Source: Squalus acanthias
Lineage: Eukaryota
NCBI GenBank assembly: GCA_030390025.1
Contig: JASTWF010000033.1
Coordinates: forward strand, 2,296,001-2,360,000
Direction: 5' to 3'
DNA length: 64,000 nucleotides
The notes under the pieces were generated by a model that did not search any database, had not been told where the DNA came from, and was given only the letters and a program-made list of their open reading frames with translations. Of this stretch, positions 25,634 to 39,837 are shown piece by piece. Numbering within the stretch: the first letter of the stretch is position 1; each line of letters opens with the position of its first letter. The position numbers and the translations under genes are program-made.

Positions 25634-27329
25634 ACTTGCTGACTTAATCTCACAAAAGGACTTTCATTGGCTGCAGTGCATCATTGCACCTTCGACAAAT
25701 TCCATTTTCTGGTCCATAATCCAGCCTGTGCAGCTCATTTCTCCCACAAATCCAGTTTAACTGCCTCAAACCGGCTTCACGCCAGAAATATTCTCCCTCT
25801 CACAAGCGACATGCTCTTTAGCAGTGGCGTCAAATGTGACAACTGCCGTCCCTCAAATATCTGTATTGGATCTTCAACTTTTCACCGTATTTACGATTGA
25901 CTCGGATGGAGCAATTGAGCGATGTAGATCCAAGTTTGAAGATCGCACTAAGTTAGAAGGTCCGGTCGTAGTGCAAATGGGAACGGGAGCAAACCAAAGG
26001 GACAGAGACAGACGAAGTAAGTCGGCAAAACAAAAGGCAAATCGAGTTCACTGTGCCCAAGTGTGACTGCATCCACCTTGCAACATTATGAGATAGTTCG
26101 GAGTATTTTCTAAATAATTGGAAGCTATTAACTGTTGAGGAGTAAAGAGGTTTATGGGCCCCAGTTCACAAATCATTAGTAGCTGGCAGACATGGAGCAA
26201 AATACAGTTTTATTGACCTGGTTAAGAAATTGTTTGCGCGACAGGAGACGCATTTTACGGATAATGATCTGTTACTTTATTTGGCAGGATATGACGAGTG
26301 CTGTCCGTGAGGGATCTCTTATGTGGCCTCATCTATTCACCGATTTTATTAACGACTTACTTGATGGGATTGAGAGGCAAACATTCAAGTTTAATGATGA
26401 CAAAATAGATAGGCGGCATTATAAGCAGTACAGGTGGAAGCAAGAAATTTGCCCAGATATTCATCGATTATGTGAATGGGCAAATCTGTGGCAAATTGAT
26501 TTAAATATTAGCGAAATGTGATGTCATCCACTTCGGAAATAAAAAAGGGCTTTTAGAATACACTCTATACAATGTTAAGCTGGAAACAGTTGAGATCCAA
26601 ATAGACTTAAGGGTCCATGTACATATATCATTTAATGGTCATGGACAGGTACAGAAAAGAATGAAAAAGGCTGAATGAAAGGTGATACTTATGTCTATAG
26701 GATGACAATATAAGGGGGAGAAATTATGAAACAGCCATACAAAGCACTGGTTAGACCACACCTGGAGTACTGTGTGCAGTTCTGGGCATCACACCTTAGT
26801 ATTAGGCTTAAAAAGTGAAGCATAGATTTACCAGAATGATACACAGAGTCCAAGGGACAAATTACAATGGGAGATTGTACAAACTAGGGATATATTCCCT
26901 GGAATTTAAATGCTGACGTGGTGATTTGATTGAAGTATTCACGATATTAGGTGGAACTGATAGTGTCGATAGAGCGAAGCTATTTCCGATGATTGGCCCG
27001 CCTAGGAGTACGGGACACAGACTCAACATTAGTTCCAAGCCTTTCAGGAGAGAAGTTAGGAATGGAATGAGTGGCAGAAATTTGTAACACACTTCCGCAA
27101 ACAGCATTTAAATCTGGGTCAGTTGGCAATGTTAAACTTGAGATTGACAGATGTTGGTTAACCAAAGTATTAAGGAATCTGGAGTAAAGGGATGCAAACG
27201 GAGTTCGATCGCAGATCCAATTGAACGGCAGAAAGGCTCGAGCGGTTAAAATGCCTTGTTCTGTTGTTATTCTCATTGCTGAAGGATCAGAGCACGAATG
27301 CAGAAATGAATATCGTCATTCAAAAACAG

Positions 27330-27402
27330 CGCCCGAACAGGGACTTGAACCCTGGACCCTCAGATTAAAAGTCTGATGCTCTACCGACTGAGCTATCCGG
27401 GC
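27330..27402 (-). tRNA. tRNA-Lys(UUU), copy 4
   Basis: Same 73-mer as copy 2, with T5 terminator. Confidence 0.98.
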
Positions 27403-29109
27403 ACTTGCTGACTCAATCTCACAAAAGGACTTTCATTGGCTGCAGTGCATCATTGCACCTTCGACAAATTCCATTTTCTTGTCCATAATCCAGCCTGTGC
27501 AGCTCATTTCTCCCACAAATCCAGTTTAACTGCCTCAAACCGGCTTCACGCCAGAAATATTCTCCCTCTCACAAGCGACATGCTCTTTAGCAGTGGCGTC
27601 AAATGTGACAACTGCCGTCCCTCAAATATCTGTATTGGATCTTCAACTTTTCACCGTATTTACGATTGACTCGGATGGAGCAATTGAGCGATGTAGATCC
27701 AAGTTTGAAGATCGCACTAAGTTAGAAGGTCCGGTCGTAGTGCAAATGGGAACGGGAGCAAACCAAAGGGACAGAGACAGTCGGAGTAAGTCGGCAAAAC
27801 AAAAGGCAAAACGAGTTCACTGTGCCCAAGTGTGACTGCATCCACCTTGCAACATTATGAGATAGTTCGGAGTATTTTCTAAATAATTGGAACCAATTAA
27901 CTGTTGAGGAGTAAAGAGGTTTATGAGCCCCAGTTCACAAATCATTAGTAGCTGGCAGACATGGAGCAAAATACAGTTTTATTGACCTGGTTAGGAAATT
28001 GTTTGCGCGACAGGAGACGCATTTTACGGATAATGATCTGTTACTTTATTTGGCAGGATATGACGAGTGCTGTCCGTGAGGGATCTCTTATGTGGCCTCA
28101 TCCATTCACCGATTTTATTAACGACTTACTTGATGGGATTGAGAGCCAAACATTCAAGTTTAATGATGACAAAATAGATAGGCGGCATTATAAGCAGTAC
28201 AGGTGGAAGCAAGAAATTTGCCCAGATATTCATCGATTATGTGAATGGGCAAATCTGTGGCAAATTGATTTAAATATTAGCGAAATGTGATGTCATCCAC
28301 TTCGGAAATAAAAAGGGGCTTTTAGAATACACTCTATACAATGTTAAGCTGGAAACAGTTGAGATCCAAATAGACTTAAGGGTCCATGTACATATATCAT
28401 TTAATGGTCATGGACAGGTACAGAAAAGAATGCAAAAGGCTGAATGAAAGGTGATACTTATGTCTATAGGATGACAATATAAGGGGGAGAAATTATGCAA
28501 CAGCCATACAAAGCACTGGTTAGACCACACCTGGAGTACTGTGTGCAGTTCTGGGCATCACACCTTAGTATTAGGCTTAAAAAGTGAAGCGTAGATTTAC
28601 CAGAATGATACACAGAGTCCAAGGGACAAATTACAATGGGAGATTGCACAAACTAGGGATATATTCCTTGGAATTTAAATGCTGACGTGGTGATTTGATT
28701 GAAGTATTCACGATATTAGGTGGAACTGATAGTGTCGATAGAGCGAAGCTATTTCCGATGATTGGCCCGCCTAGGAGTACGGGACACAGACTCAACATTA
28801 GTTCCAAGCCTTTCAGGAGAGAAGTTAGGAAAGGCTTCTACATGCAATGAGTGGCAGAAATTTGTAACACACTTCCGCAAACAGCATTTAAATCTGGGTC
28901 AGTTGGCAATGTTAAACTTGAGATTGACAGATGTTGGTTAACCAAAGTATTAAGGAATCTGGAGCAAAGGGATGCAAACGGAGTTCGATCGCAGATCCAA
29001 TTGAACGGCAGAAAGGCTCGAGCGGTTAAAATGCCTTGTTCTGTTGTTATTCTCATTGCTGAAGGATCAGAGCACGAATGCAGAAATGAATATCGTCATT
29101 CAAAAACAG

Positions 29110-29182
29110 CGCCCGAACAGGGACTTGAACCCTGGACCCTCAGATTAAAAGTCTGATGCTCTACCGACTGAGCTATCCGGGC
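29110..29182 (-). tRNA. tRNA-Lys(UUU), copy 5
   Basis: Same 73-mer as copy 2, with T5 terminator. Confidence 0.98.
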
Positions 29183-30887
29183 ACTTGCTGACTCAATCTC
29201 ACAAAAGGACTTTCATTGGCTGCAGTGCATCATTGCACCTTCGACAAATTCCATTTTCTTGTCCATAATCCAGCCTGTGCAGCTCATTTCTCCACAAATC
29301 CAGTTTAACTGCCTCAAACCGGCTTCACGCCAGAAATATTCTCCCTCTCACAAGCGACATGCTCTTTAGCAGTGGCGTCAAATGTGACAACTGCCGTCCC
29401 TCAAATATCTGTATTGGATCTTCAACTTTTCACCGTATTTACGATTGACTCGGATGGAGCAATTGAGCGATGTAGATCCAAGTTTGAAGATCGCACTAAG
29501 TTAGAAGGTCCGGTCGTAGTGCAAATGGGAACGGGAGCAAACCAAAGGGACAGAGACAGTCGGAGTAAGTCGGCAAAACAAAAGGCAAAACGAGTTCACT
29601 GTGCCCAAGTGTGACTGCATCCACCTTGCAACATTATGAGATAGTTCGGAGTATTTTCTAAATAATTGGAACCAATTAACTGTTGAGGAGTAAAGAGGTT
29701 TATGAGCCCCAGTTCACAAATCATTAGTAGCTGGCAGACATGGAGCAAAATACAGTTTTATTGACCTGGTTAGGAAATTGTTTGCGCGACAGGAGACGCA
29801 TTTTACGGATAATGATCTGAACTTTATTTGGCAGGATATGACGAGTGCTGTCCGTGAGGGATCTCTTATGTGGCCTCATCCATTCACCGATTTTATTAAC
29901 GACTTACTTGATGGGATTGAGAGCCAAACATTCAAGTTTAATGATGACAAAATAGATAGGCGGCATTATAAGCAGTACAGGTGGAAGCAAGAAATTTGCC
30001 CAGATATTCATCGATTATGTGAATGGGCAAATCTGTGGCAAATTGATTTAAATATTAGCGAAATGTGATGTCATCCACTTCGGAAATAAAAAGGGGCTTT
30101 TAGAATACACTCTATACAATGTTAAGCTGGAAACAGTTGAGATCCAAATAGACTTAAGGGTCCATGTACATATATCATTTAATGGTCATGGACAGGTACA
30201 GAAAGGAATGAAAAAGGCTGAATGAAAGGTGATACTTATGTCTATAGGATGACAATATAAGGGGGAGAAATTATGCAACAGCCATACAAAGCACTGGTTA
30301 GACCACACCTGGAGTACTGTGTGCAGTTCTGGGCATCACACCTTAGTATTAGGCTTAAAAAGTGAAGCTTAGATTTACCAGAATGATACACAGAGTCCAA
30401 GGGACAAATTACAATGGGAGATTGCACAAACTAGGGATATATTCCTTGGAATTTAAATGCTGACGTGGTGATTTGATTGAAGTATTCACGATATTAGGTG
30501 GAACTGATAGTGTCGATAGAGCGAAGCTATTTCCGATGATTGGCCCGCCTAGGAGTACGGGACACAGACTCAACATTAGTTCCAAGCCTTTCAGGAGAGA
30601 AGTTAGGAAAGGCTTCTACATGCAATGAGTGGCAGAAATTTGTAACACACTTCCGCAAACAGCATTTAAATCTGGGTCAGTTGGCAATGTTAAACTTGAG
30701 ATTGACAGATGTTGGTTAACCAAAGTATTAAGGAATCTGGAGCAAAGGGATGCAAACGGAGTTCGATCGCAGATCCAATTGAACGGCAGAAAGGCTCGAG
30801 CGGTTAAAATGCCTTGTTCTGTTGTTATTCTCATTGCTGAAGGATCAGAGCACGAATGCAGAAATGAATATCGTCATTCAAAAACAG

Positions 30888-30960
30888 CGCCCGAACAGGG
30901 ACTTGAACCCTGGACCCTCAGATTAAAAGTCTGATGCTCTACCGACTGAGCTATCCGGGC
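30888..30960 (-). tRNA. tRNA-Lys(UUU), copy 6
   Basis: Same 73-mer as copy 2, with T5 terminator. Confidence 0.98.
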
Positions 30961-32656
30961 ACTTGCTGACTCAATCTCACAAAAGGACTTTCATTGGCTG
31001 CAGTGCATCATTGCACCTTCGACAAATTCCATTTTCTTGTCCATAATCCAGCCTGTGCAGCTCATTTCTCCCACAAATCCAGTTTAACTGCCTCAAACCG
31101 GCTTCACGCCAGAAATATTCTCCCTCTCACAAGCGACATGCTCTTTAGCAGTGGCGTCAAATGTGACAACTGCCGTCCCTCAAATATCTGTATTGGATCT
31201 TCAACTTTTCACCGTATTTACGATTGACTCGGATGGAGCAATTGAGCGATGTAGATCCAAGTTTGAAGATCGCACTAAGTTAGAAGGTCCGGTCGTAGTG
31301 CAAATGGGAACGGGAGCAAACCAAAGGGACAGAGACAGACGGAGTAAGTCGGCAAAACAAAAGGCAAATCGAGTTCACTGTGCCCAAGTGTGACTGCATC
31401 CACCTTGCAACATTATGAGATAGTTCGGAGTATTTTCTAAATAATTGGAACCAATTAACTGTTGAGGAGTAAAGAGGTTTATGAGACCCAGTTCACAAAT
31501 CATTAGACATGGAGCAAAATACAGTTTTATTGACCTGGTTAGGAAATTGTTTGCGCGACAGGAGACGCATTTTACGGATAATGATCTGAACTTTATTTGG
31601 CAGGATATGACGAGTGCTGTCCGTGAGGGATCTCTTATGTGGCCTCATCCATTCACCGATTTTATTAACGACTTACTTGATGGGATTGAGAGCCAAACAT
31701 TCAAGTTTAATGATGACAAAATAGATAGGCGGCATTATAAGCAGTACAGGTGGAAGCAAGAAATTTGCCCAGATATTCATCGATTATGTGAATGGGCAAA
31801 TCTGTGGCAAATTGATTTAAATATTAGCGAAATGTGATGTCATCCACTTCGGAAATAAAAAGGGGCTTTTAGAATACACTCTATACAATGTTAAGCTGGA
31901 AACAGTTGAGATCCAAATAGACTTAAGGGTCCATGTACATATATCATTTAATGGTCATGGACAGGTACAGAAAGGAATGAAAAAGGCTGAATGAAAGGTG
32001 ATACTTATGTCTATAGGATGACAATATAAGGGGGAGAAATTATGCAACAGCCATACAAAGCACTGGTTAGACCACACCTGGAGTACTGTGTGCAGTTCTG
32101 GGCATCACACCTTAGTATTAGGCTTAAAAAGTGAAGCTTAGATTTACCAGAATGATACACAGAGTCCAAGGGACAAATTACAATGGGAGATTGCACAAAC
32201 TAGGGATATATTCCTTGGAATTTAAATGCTGACGTGGTGATTTGATTGAAGTATTCACGATATTAGGTGGAACTGATAGTGTCGATATAGCGAAGCTATT
32301 TCCGATGATTGGCCCGCCTAGGAGTATGGGACACAGACTCAACATTAGTTCCAAGCCTTTCAGGAGAGAAGTTAGGAAAGGCTTCTACATGGAATGAGTG
32401 GCAGAAATTTGTAACACACTTCCGCAAACAGCATTTAAATCTGGGTCAGTTGGCAATGTTAAACTTGAGATTGACAGATGTTGGTTAACCAAAGTATTAA
32501 GGAATCTGGAGCAAAGGGATGCAAACGGAGTTCGATCGCAGATCCAATTGAACGGCAGAAAGGCTCGAGCGGTTAAAATGCCTTGTTCTGTTGTTATTCT
32601 CATTGCTGAAGGATCAGAGCACGAATGCAGAAATGAATATCGTCATTCAAAAACAG

Positions 32657-32729
32657 CGCCCGAACAGGGACTTGAACCCTGGACCCTCAGATTAAAAGTC
32701 TGATGCTCTACCGACTGAGCTATCCGGGC
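32657..32729 (-). tRNA. tRNA-Lys(UUU), copy 7
   Basis: Same 73-mer as copy 2, with T5 terminator. Confidence 0.98.
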
Positions 32730-34425
32730 ACTTGCTAATTCAATCTCACAAAAGGACTTTCATTGGCTGCAGTGCATCATTGCACCTTCGACAAATTCCA
32801 TTTTCTTGTCCATAATCCAGCCTGTGCAGCTCATTTCTCCCACAAATCCAGTTTAACTGCCTCAAACCGGCTTCACGCCAGAAATATTCTCCCTCTCACA
32901 AGCGACATGCTCTTTAGCAGTGGCGTCAAATGTGACAACTGCCGTCCCTCAAATATCTGTATTGGATCTTCAACTTTTCACCGTATTTACGATTGACTCG
33001 GATGGAGCAATTGAGCGATGTAGATCCAAGTTTGAAGATCGCACTAAGTTAGAAGGTCCGGTCGTAGTGCAAATGGGAACGGGAGCAAACCAAAGGGACA
33101 GAGACAGACGGAGTAAGTCGGCAAAACAAAAGGCAAATCGAGTTCACTGTCCCCAAGTGTGACTGCATCCACCTTGCAACATTATGAGATAGTTCGGAGT
33201 ATTTTCTAAATAATTGGAACCAATTAACTGTTGAGGAGTAAAGAGGTTTATGAGCCCCAGTTCACAAATCATTAGACATGGAGCAAAATACAGTTTTATT
33301 GACCTGGTTAGGAAATTGTTTGCGCGACAGGAGACGCATTTTACGGAAAATGATCTGTACTTTATTTGGCAGGATATGACGAGTGCTGTCCGTGAGGGAT
33401 CTCTTATGTGGCCTCATCCATTCACCGATTTTATTAACGACTTACTTGATGGGATTGAGAGCCAAACATTCAAGTTTAATGATGACAAAATAGATAGGCG
33501 GCATTATAAGCAGTACAGGTGGAAGCAAGAAATTTGCCCAGATATTCATCGATTATGTGAATGGGCAAATCTGTGGCAAATTGATTTAAATATTAGCGAA
33601 ATGTGATGTCATCCACTTCGGAAATAAAAAGGGGCTTTTAGAATACACTCTATACAATGTTAAGCTGGAAACAGTTGAGATCCAAATAGACTTAAGGGTC
33701 CATGTACATATATCATTTAATGGTCATGGACAGGTACAGAAAGGAATGAAAAAGGCTGAATGAAAGGTGATACTTATGTCTATAGGATGACAATATAAGG
33801 GGGAGAAATTATGCAACAGCCATACAAAGCACTGGTTAGACCACACCTGGAGTACTGTGTGCAGTTCTGGGCATCACACCTTAGTATTAGGCTTAAAAAG
33901 TGAAGCGTAGATTTACCAGAATGATACACAGAGTCCAAGGGACAAATTACAATGGGAGATTGCACAAACTAGGGATATATTCCTTGGAATTTAAATGCTG
34001 ACGTGGTGATTTGATTGAAGTATTCACGATATTAGGTGGAACTGATAGTGTCGATATAGCGAAGCTATTTCCGATGATTGGCCCGCCTAGGAGTACGGGA
34101 CACAGACTCAACATTAGTTCCAAGCCTTTCAGGAGAGAAGTTAGGAAAGGATTCTACATGGAATGAGTGGCAGAAATTTGTAACACACTTCCGCAAACAG
34201 CATTTAAATCTGGGTCAGTTGGCAATGTTAAACTTGAGATTGACAGATGTTGGTGAACCAAAGTATGAAGGAATCTGGAGCAAAGGGATGCAAACGGAGT
34301 TCGATCGCAGATCCAATTGAACGGCAGAAAGGCTCGAGCGGTTAAAATGCCTTGTTCTGTTGTTATTCTCATTGCTGAAGGATCAGAGCACGAATGCAGA
34401 AATGAATATCGTCATTCAAAAACAG

Positions 34426-34498
34426 CGCCCGAACAGGGACTTGAACCCTGGACCCTCAGATTAAAAGTCTGATGCTCTACCGACTGAGCTATCCGGGC
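34426..34498 (-). tRNA. tRNA-Lys(UUU), copy 8
   Basis: Same 73-mer as copy 2, with T5 terminator. Confidence 0.98.
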
Positions 34499-36205
34499 AC
34501 TTGCTGGCTGAATCTCACAAAAGGACTTTCATTGGCTGCAGTGCATCATTGCACCTTCGACAAATTCCATTTTCTTGTCCATAATCCAGCCTGTGCAGCT
34601 CATTTCTCCCACAAATCCAGTTTAACTGCCTCAAACCGGCTTCACGCCAGAAATATTCTCCCTCTCACAAGCGACATGCTCTTTAGCAGTGGCGTCAAAT
34701 GTGACAACTGCCGTCCCTCAAATATCTGTATTGGATCTTCAACTTTTCACCGTATTTACGATTGACTCGGATGGAGCAATTGAGCGATGTAGATCCAAGT
34801 TTGAAGATCGCACTAAGTTAGAAGGTCCGGTCGTAGTGCAAATGGGAACGGGAGCAAACCAAAGGGACAGAGACAGACGAGTAAGTCGGCAAAACAAAAG
34901 GCAAATCGAGTTCACTGTGCCCAAGTGTGACTGCATCCACCTTGCAACATTATGAGATAGTTCGGAGTATTTTCTAAATAATTGGAACCTATTAACTGTT
35001 GAGGAGTAAAGAGGTTTATGAGCCCCAGTTCACAAATCATTAGTAGCTGGCAGACATGGAGCAAAATACAGTTTTATTGACCTGGTTAAGAAATTGTTTG
35101 CGCGACAGGAGACGCATTTTACGGATAATGATCTGTTACTTTATTTGGCAGGATATGACGAGTGCTGTCCGTGAGGGATCTCTTATGTGGCCTCATCTAT
35201 TCACCGATTTTATTAACGACTTACTTGATGGGATTGAGAGCCAAACATTCAAGTTTAATGATGACAAAATAGATAGGCGGCATTATAAGCAGTACAGGTG
35301 GAAGCAAGAAATTTGCCCAGATATTCATCGATTATGTGAATGGGCAAATCTGTGGCAAATTGATTTAAATATTAGCGAAATGTGATGTCATCCACTTCGG
35401 AAATAAAAAAAGGGCTTTTAGAATACACTCTATACAATGTTAAGCTGGAAACAGTTGAGATCCAAATAGACTTAAGGGTCCATGTACATATATCATTTAA
35501 TGGTCATGGACAGGTACAGAAAAGAATGAAAAAGGCTGAATGAAAGGTGATACTTATGTCTATAGGATGACAATATAAGGGGGAGAAATTATGCAACAGC
35601 CATACAAAGCACTGGTTAGACCACACCTGGAGTACTGTGTGCAGTTCTGGGCATCACACCTTAGTATTAGGCTTAAAAAGTGAAGCGTAGATTTACCAGA
35701 ATGATACACAGAGTCCAAGGGACAAATTACAATGGGAGATTGCACAAACTAGGGATATATTCCCTGGAATTTAAATGCTGACGTGGTGATTTGATTGAAG
35801 TATTCACGATATTAGGTGGAACTGATAGTGTCGATAGAGCGAAGCTATTTCCGATGATTGGCCCGCCTAGGAGTACGGGACACAGACTCAACATTAGTTC
35901 CAAGCCTTTCAGGAGAGAAGTTAGGAAAGGATTCTACATGGAATGAGTGGCAGAAATTTGTAACACACTTCCGCAAACAGCATTTAAATCTGGGTCAGTT
36001 GGCAATGTTAAACTTGAGATTGACAGATGTTGGTTAACCAAAGTATGAAGGAATCTGGAGCAAAGGGATGCAAACGGAGTTCGATCGCAGATCCAATTGA
36101 ACGGCAGAAAGGCTCGAGCGGTTAAAATGCCTTGTTCTGTTGTTATTCTCATTGCTGAAGGATCAGAGCACGAATGCAGAAATGAATATCGTCATTCAAA
36201 AACAG

Positions 36206-36278
36206 CGCCCGAACAGGGACTTGAACCCTGGACCCTCAGATTAAAAGTCTGATGCTCTACCGACTGAGCTATCCGGGC
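36206..36278 (-). tRNA. tRNA-Lys(UUU), copy 9
   Basis: Same 73-mer as copy 2, with T5 terminator. Confidence 0.98.
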
Positions 36279-37985
36279 ACTTGCTGACTCAATCTCACAA
36301 AAGGACTTTCATTGGCTGCAGTGCATCATTGCACCTTCGACAAATTCCATTTTCTTGTCCATAATCCAGCCTGTGCAGCTCATTTCTCCCACAAATCCAG
36401 TTTAACTGCCTCAAACCGGCTTCACGCCAGAAATATTCTCCCTCTCACAAGCGACATGCTCTTTAGCAGTGGCGTCAAATGTGACAACTGCCGTCCCTCA
36501 AATATCTGTATTGGATCTTCAACTTTTCACCGTATTTACGATTGACTCGGATGGAGCAATTGAGCGATGTAGATCCAAGTTTGAAGATCGCACTAAGTTA
36601 GAAGGTCCGGTCGTAGTGCAAATGGGAACGGGAGCAAACCAAAGGGACAGAGACAGTCGGAGTAAGTCGGCAAAACAAAAGGCAAAACGAGTTCACTGTG
36701 CCCAAGTGTGACTGCATCCACCTTGCAACATTATGAGATAGTTCGGAGTATTTTCTAAATAATTGGAACCAATTAACTGTTGAGGAGTAAAGAGGTTTAT
36801 GAGCCCCAGTTCACAAATCATTAGTAGCTGGCAGACATGGAGCAAAATACAGTTTTATTGACCTGGTTAGGAAATTGTTTGCGCGACAGGAGACGCATTT
36901 TACGGATAATGATCTGTTACTTTATTTGGCAGGATATGACGAGTGCTGTCCGTGAGGGATCTCTTATGTGGCCTCATCCATTCACCGATTTTATTAACGA
37001 CTTACTTGATGGGATTGAGAGCCAAACATTCAAGTTTAATGATGACAAAATAGATAGGCGGCATTATAAGCAGTACAGGTGGAAGCAAGAAATTTGCCCA
37101 GATATTCATCGATTATGTGAATGGGCAAATCTGTGGCAAATTGATTTAAATATTAGCGAAATGTGATGTCATCCACTTCGGAAATAAAAAGGGGCTTTTA
37201 GAATACACTCTATACAATGTTAAGCTGGAAACAGTTGAGATCCAAATAGACTTAAGGGTCCATGTACATATATCATTTAATGGTCATGGACAGGTACAGA
37301 AAAGAATGCAAAAGGCTGAATGAAAGGTGATACTTATGTCTATAGGATGACAATATAAGGGGGAGAAATTATGCAACAGCCATACAAAGCACTGGTTAGA
37401 CCACACCTGGAGTACTGTGTGCAGTTCTGGGCATCACACCTTAGTATTAGGCTTAAAAAGTGAAGCGTAGATTTACCAGAATGATACACAGAGTCCAAGG
37501 GACAAATTACAATGGGAGATTGCACAAACTAGGGATATATTCCTTGGAATTTAAATGCTGACGTGGTGATTTGATTGAAGTATTCACGATATTAGGTGGA
37601 ACTGATAGTGTCGATAGAGCGAAGCTATTTCCGATGATTGGCCCGCCTAGGAGTACGGGACACAGACTCAACATTAGTTCCAAGCCTTTCAGGAGAGAAG
37701 TTAGGAAAGGCTTCTACATGCAATGAGTGGCAGAAATTTGTAACACACTTCCGCAAACAGCATTTAAATCTGGGTCAGTTGGCAATGTTAAACTTGAGAT
37801 TGACAGATGTTGGTTAACCAAAGTATTAAGGAATCTGGAGCAAAGGGATGCAAACGGAGTTCGATCGCAGATCCAATTGAACGGCAGAAAGGCTCGAGCG
37901 GTTAAAATGCCTTGTTCTGTTGTTATTCTCATTGCTGAAGGATCAGAGCACGAATGCAGAAATGAATATCGTCATTCAAAAACAG

Positions 37986-38058
37986 CGCCCGAACAGGGAC
38001 TTGAACCCTGGACCCTCAGATTAAAAGTCTGATGCTCTACCGACTGAGCTATCCGGGC
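37986..38058 (-). tRNA. tRNA-Lys(UUU), copy 10
   Basis: Same 73-mer as copy 2, with T5 terminator. Confidence 0.98.
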
Positions 38059-39764
38059 ACTTGCTGACTCAATCTCACAAAAGGACTTTCATTGGCTGCA
38101 GTGCATCATTGCACCTTCGACAAATTCCATTTTCTTGTCCATAATCCAGCCTGTGCAGCTCATTTCTTCCACAAATCCAGTTTAACTGCCTCAAACCGGC
38201 TTCACGCCAGAAATATTCTCCCTCTCACAAGCGACATGCTCTTTAGCAGTGGCGTCAAATGTGACAACTGCCGTCCCTCAAATATCTGTATTGGATCTTC
38301 AACTTTTCACCGTATTTACGATTGACTCGGATGGAGCAATTGAGCGATGTAGATCCAAGTTTGAAGATCGCACTAAGTTAGAAGGTCCGGTCGTAGTGCA
38401 AATGGGAACGGGAGCAAACCAAAGGGACAGAGACAGTCGGAGTAAGTCGGCAAAACAAAAGGCAAAACGAGTTCACTGTGCCCAAGTGTGACTGCATCCA
38501 CCTTGCAACATTATGAGATAGTTCGGAGTATTTTCTAAATAATTGGAACCAATTAACTGTTGAGGAGTAAAGAGGTTTATGAGCCCCAGTTCACAAATCA
38601 TTAGTAGCTGGCAGACATGGAGCAAAATACAGTTTTATTGACCTGGTTAGGAAATTGTTTGCGCGACAGGAGACGCATTTTACGGATAATGATCTGAACT
38701 TTATTTGGCAGGATATGACGAGTGCTGTCCGTGAGGGATCTCTTATGTGGCCTCATCCATTCACCGATTTTATTAACGACTTACTTGATGGGATTGAGAG
38801 CCAAACATTCAAGTTTAATGATGACAAAATAGATAGGCGGCATTATAAGCAGTACAGGTGGAAGCAAGAAATTTGCCCAGATATTCATCGATTATGTGAA
38901 TGGGCAAATCTGTGGCAAATTGATTTAAATATTAGCGAAATGTGATGTCATCCACTTCGGAAATAAAAAGGGGCTTTTAGAATACACTCTATACAATGTT
39001 AAGCTGGAAACAGTTGAGATCCAAATAGACTTAAGGGTCCATGTACATATATCATTTAATGGTCATGGACAGGTACAGAAAGGAATGAAAAAGGCTGAAT
39101 GAAAGGTGATACTTATGTCTATAGGATGACAATATAAGGGGGAGAAATTATGCAACAGCCATACAAAGCACTGGTTAGACCACACCTGGAGTACTGTGTG
39201 CAGTTCTGGGCATCACACCTTAGTATTAGGCTTAAAAAGTGAAGCTTAGATTTACCAGAATGATACACAGAGTCCAAGGGACAAATTACAATGGGAGATT
39301 GCACAAACTAGGGATATATTCCTTGGAATTTAAATGCTGACGTGGTGATTTGATTGAAGTATTCACGATATTAGGTGGAACTGATAGTGTCGATAGAGCG
39401 AAGCTATTTCCGATGATTGGCCCGCCTAGGAGTACGGGACACAGACTCAACATTAGTTCCAAGCCTTTCAGGAGAGAAGTTAGGAAAGGCTTCTACATGC
39501 AATGAGTGGCAGAAATTTGTAACACACTTCCGCAAACAGCATTTAAATCTGGGTCAGTTGGCAATGTTAAACTTGAGATTGACAGATGTTGGTTAACCAA
39601 AGTATTAAGGAATCTGGAGCAAAGGGATGCAAACGGAGTTCGATCGCAGATCCAATTGAACGGCAGAAAGGCTCGAGCGGTTAAAATGCCTTGTTCTGTT
39701 GTTATTCTCATTGCTGAAGGATCAGAGCACGAATGCAGAAATGAATATCGTCATTCAAAAACAG

Positions 39765-39837
39765 CGCCCGAACAGGGACTTGAACCCTGGACCCTCAGAT
39801 TAAAAGTCTGATGCTCTACCGACTGAGCTATCCGGGC
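39765..39837 (-). tRNA. tRNA-Lys(UUU), copy 11
   Basis: Same 73-mer as copy 2, with T5 terminator. Confidence 0.98.
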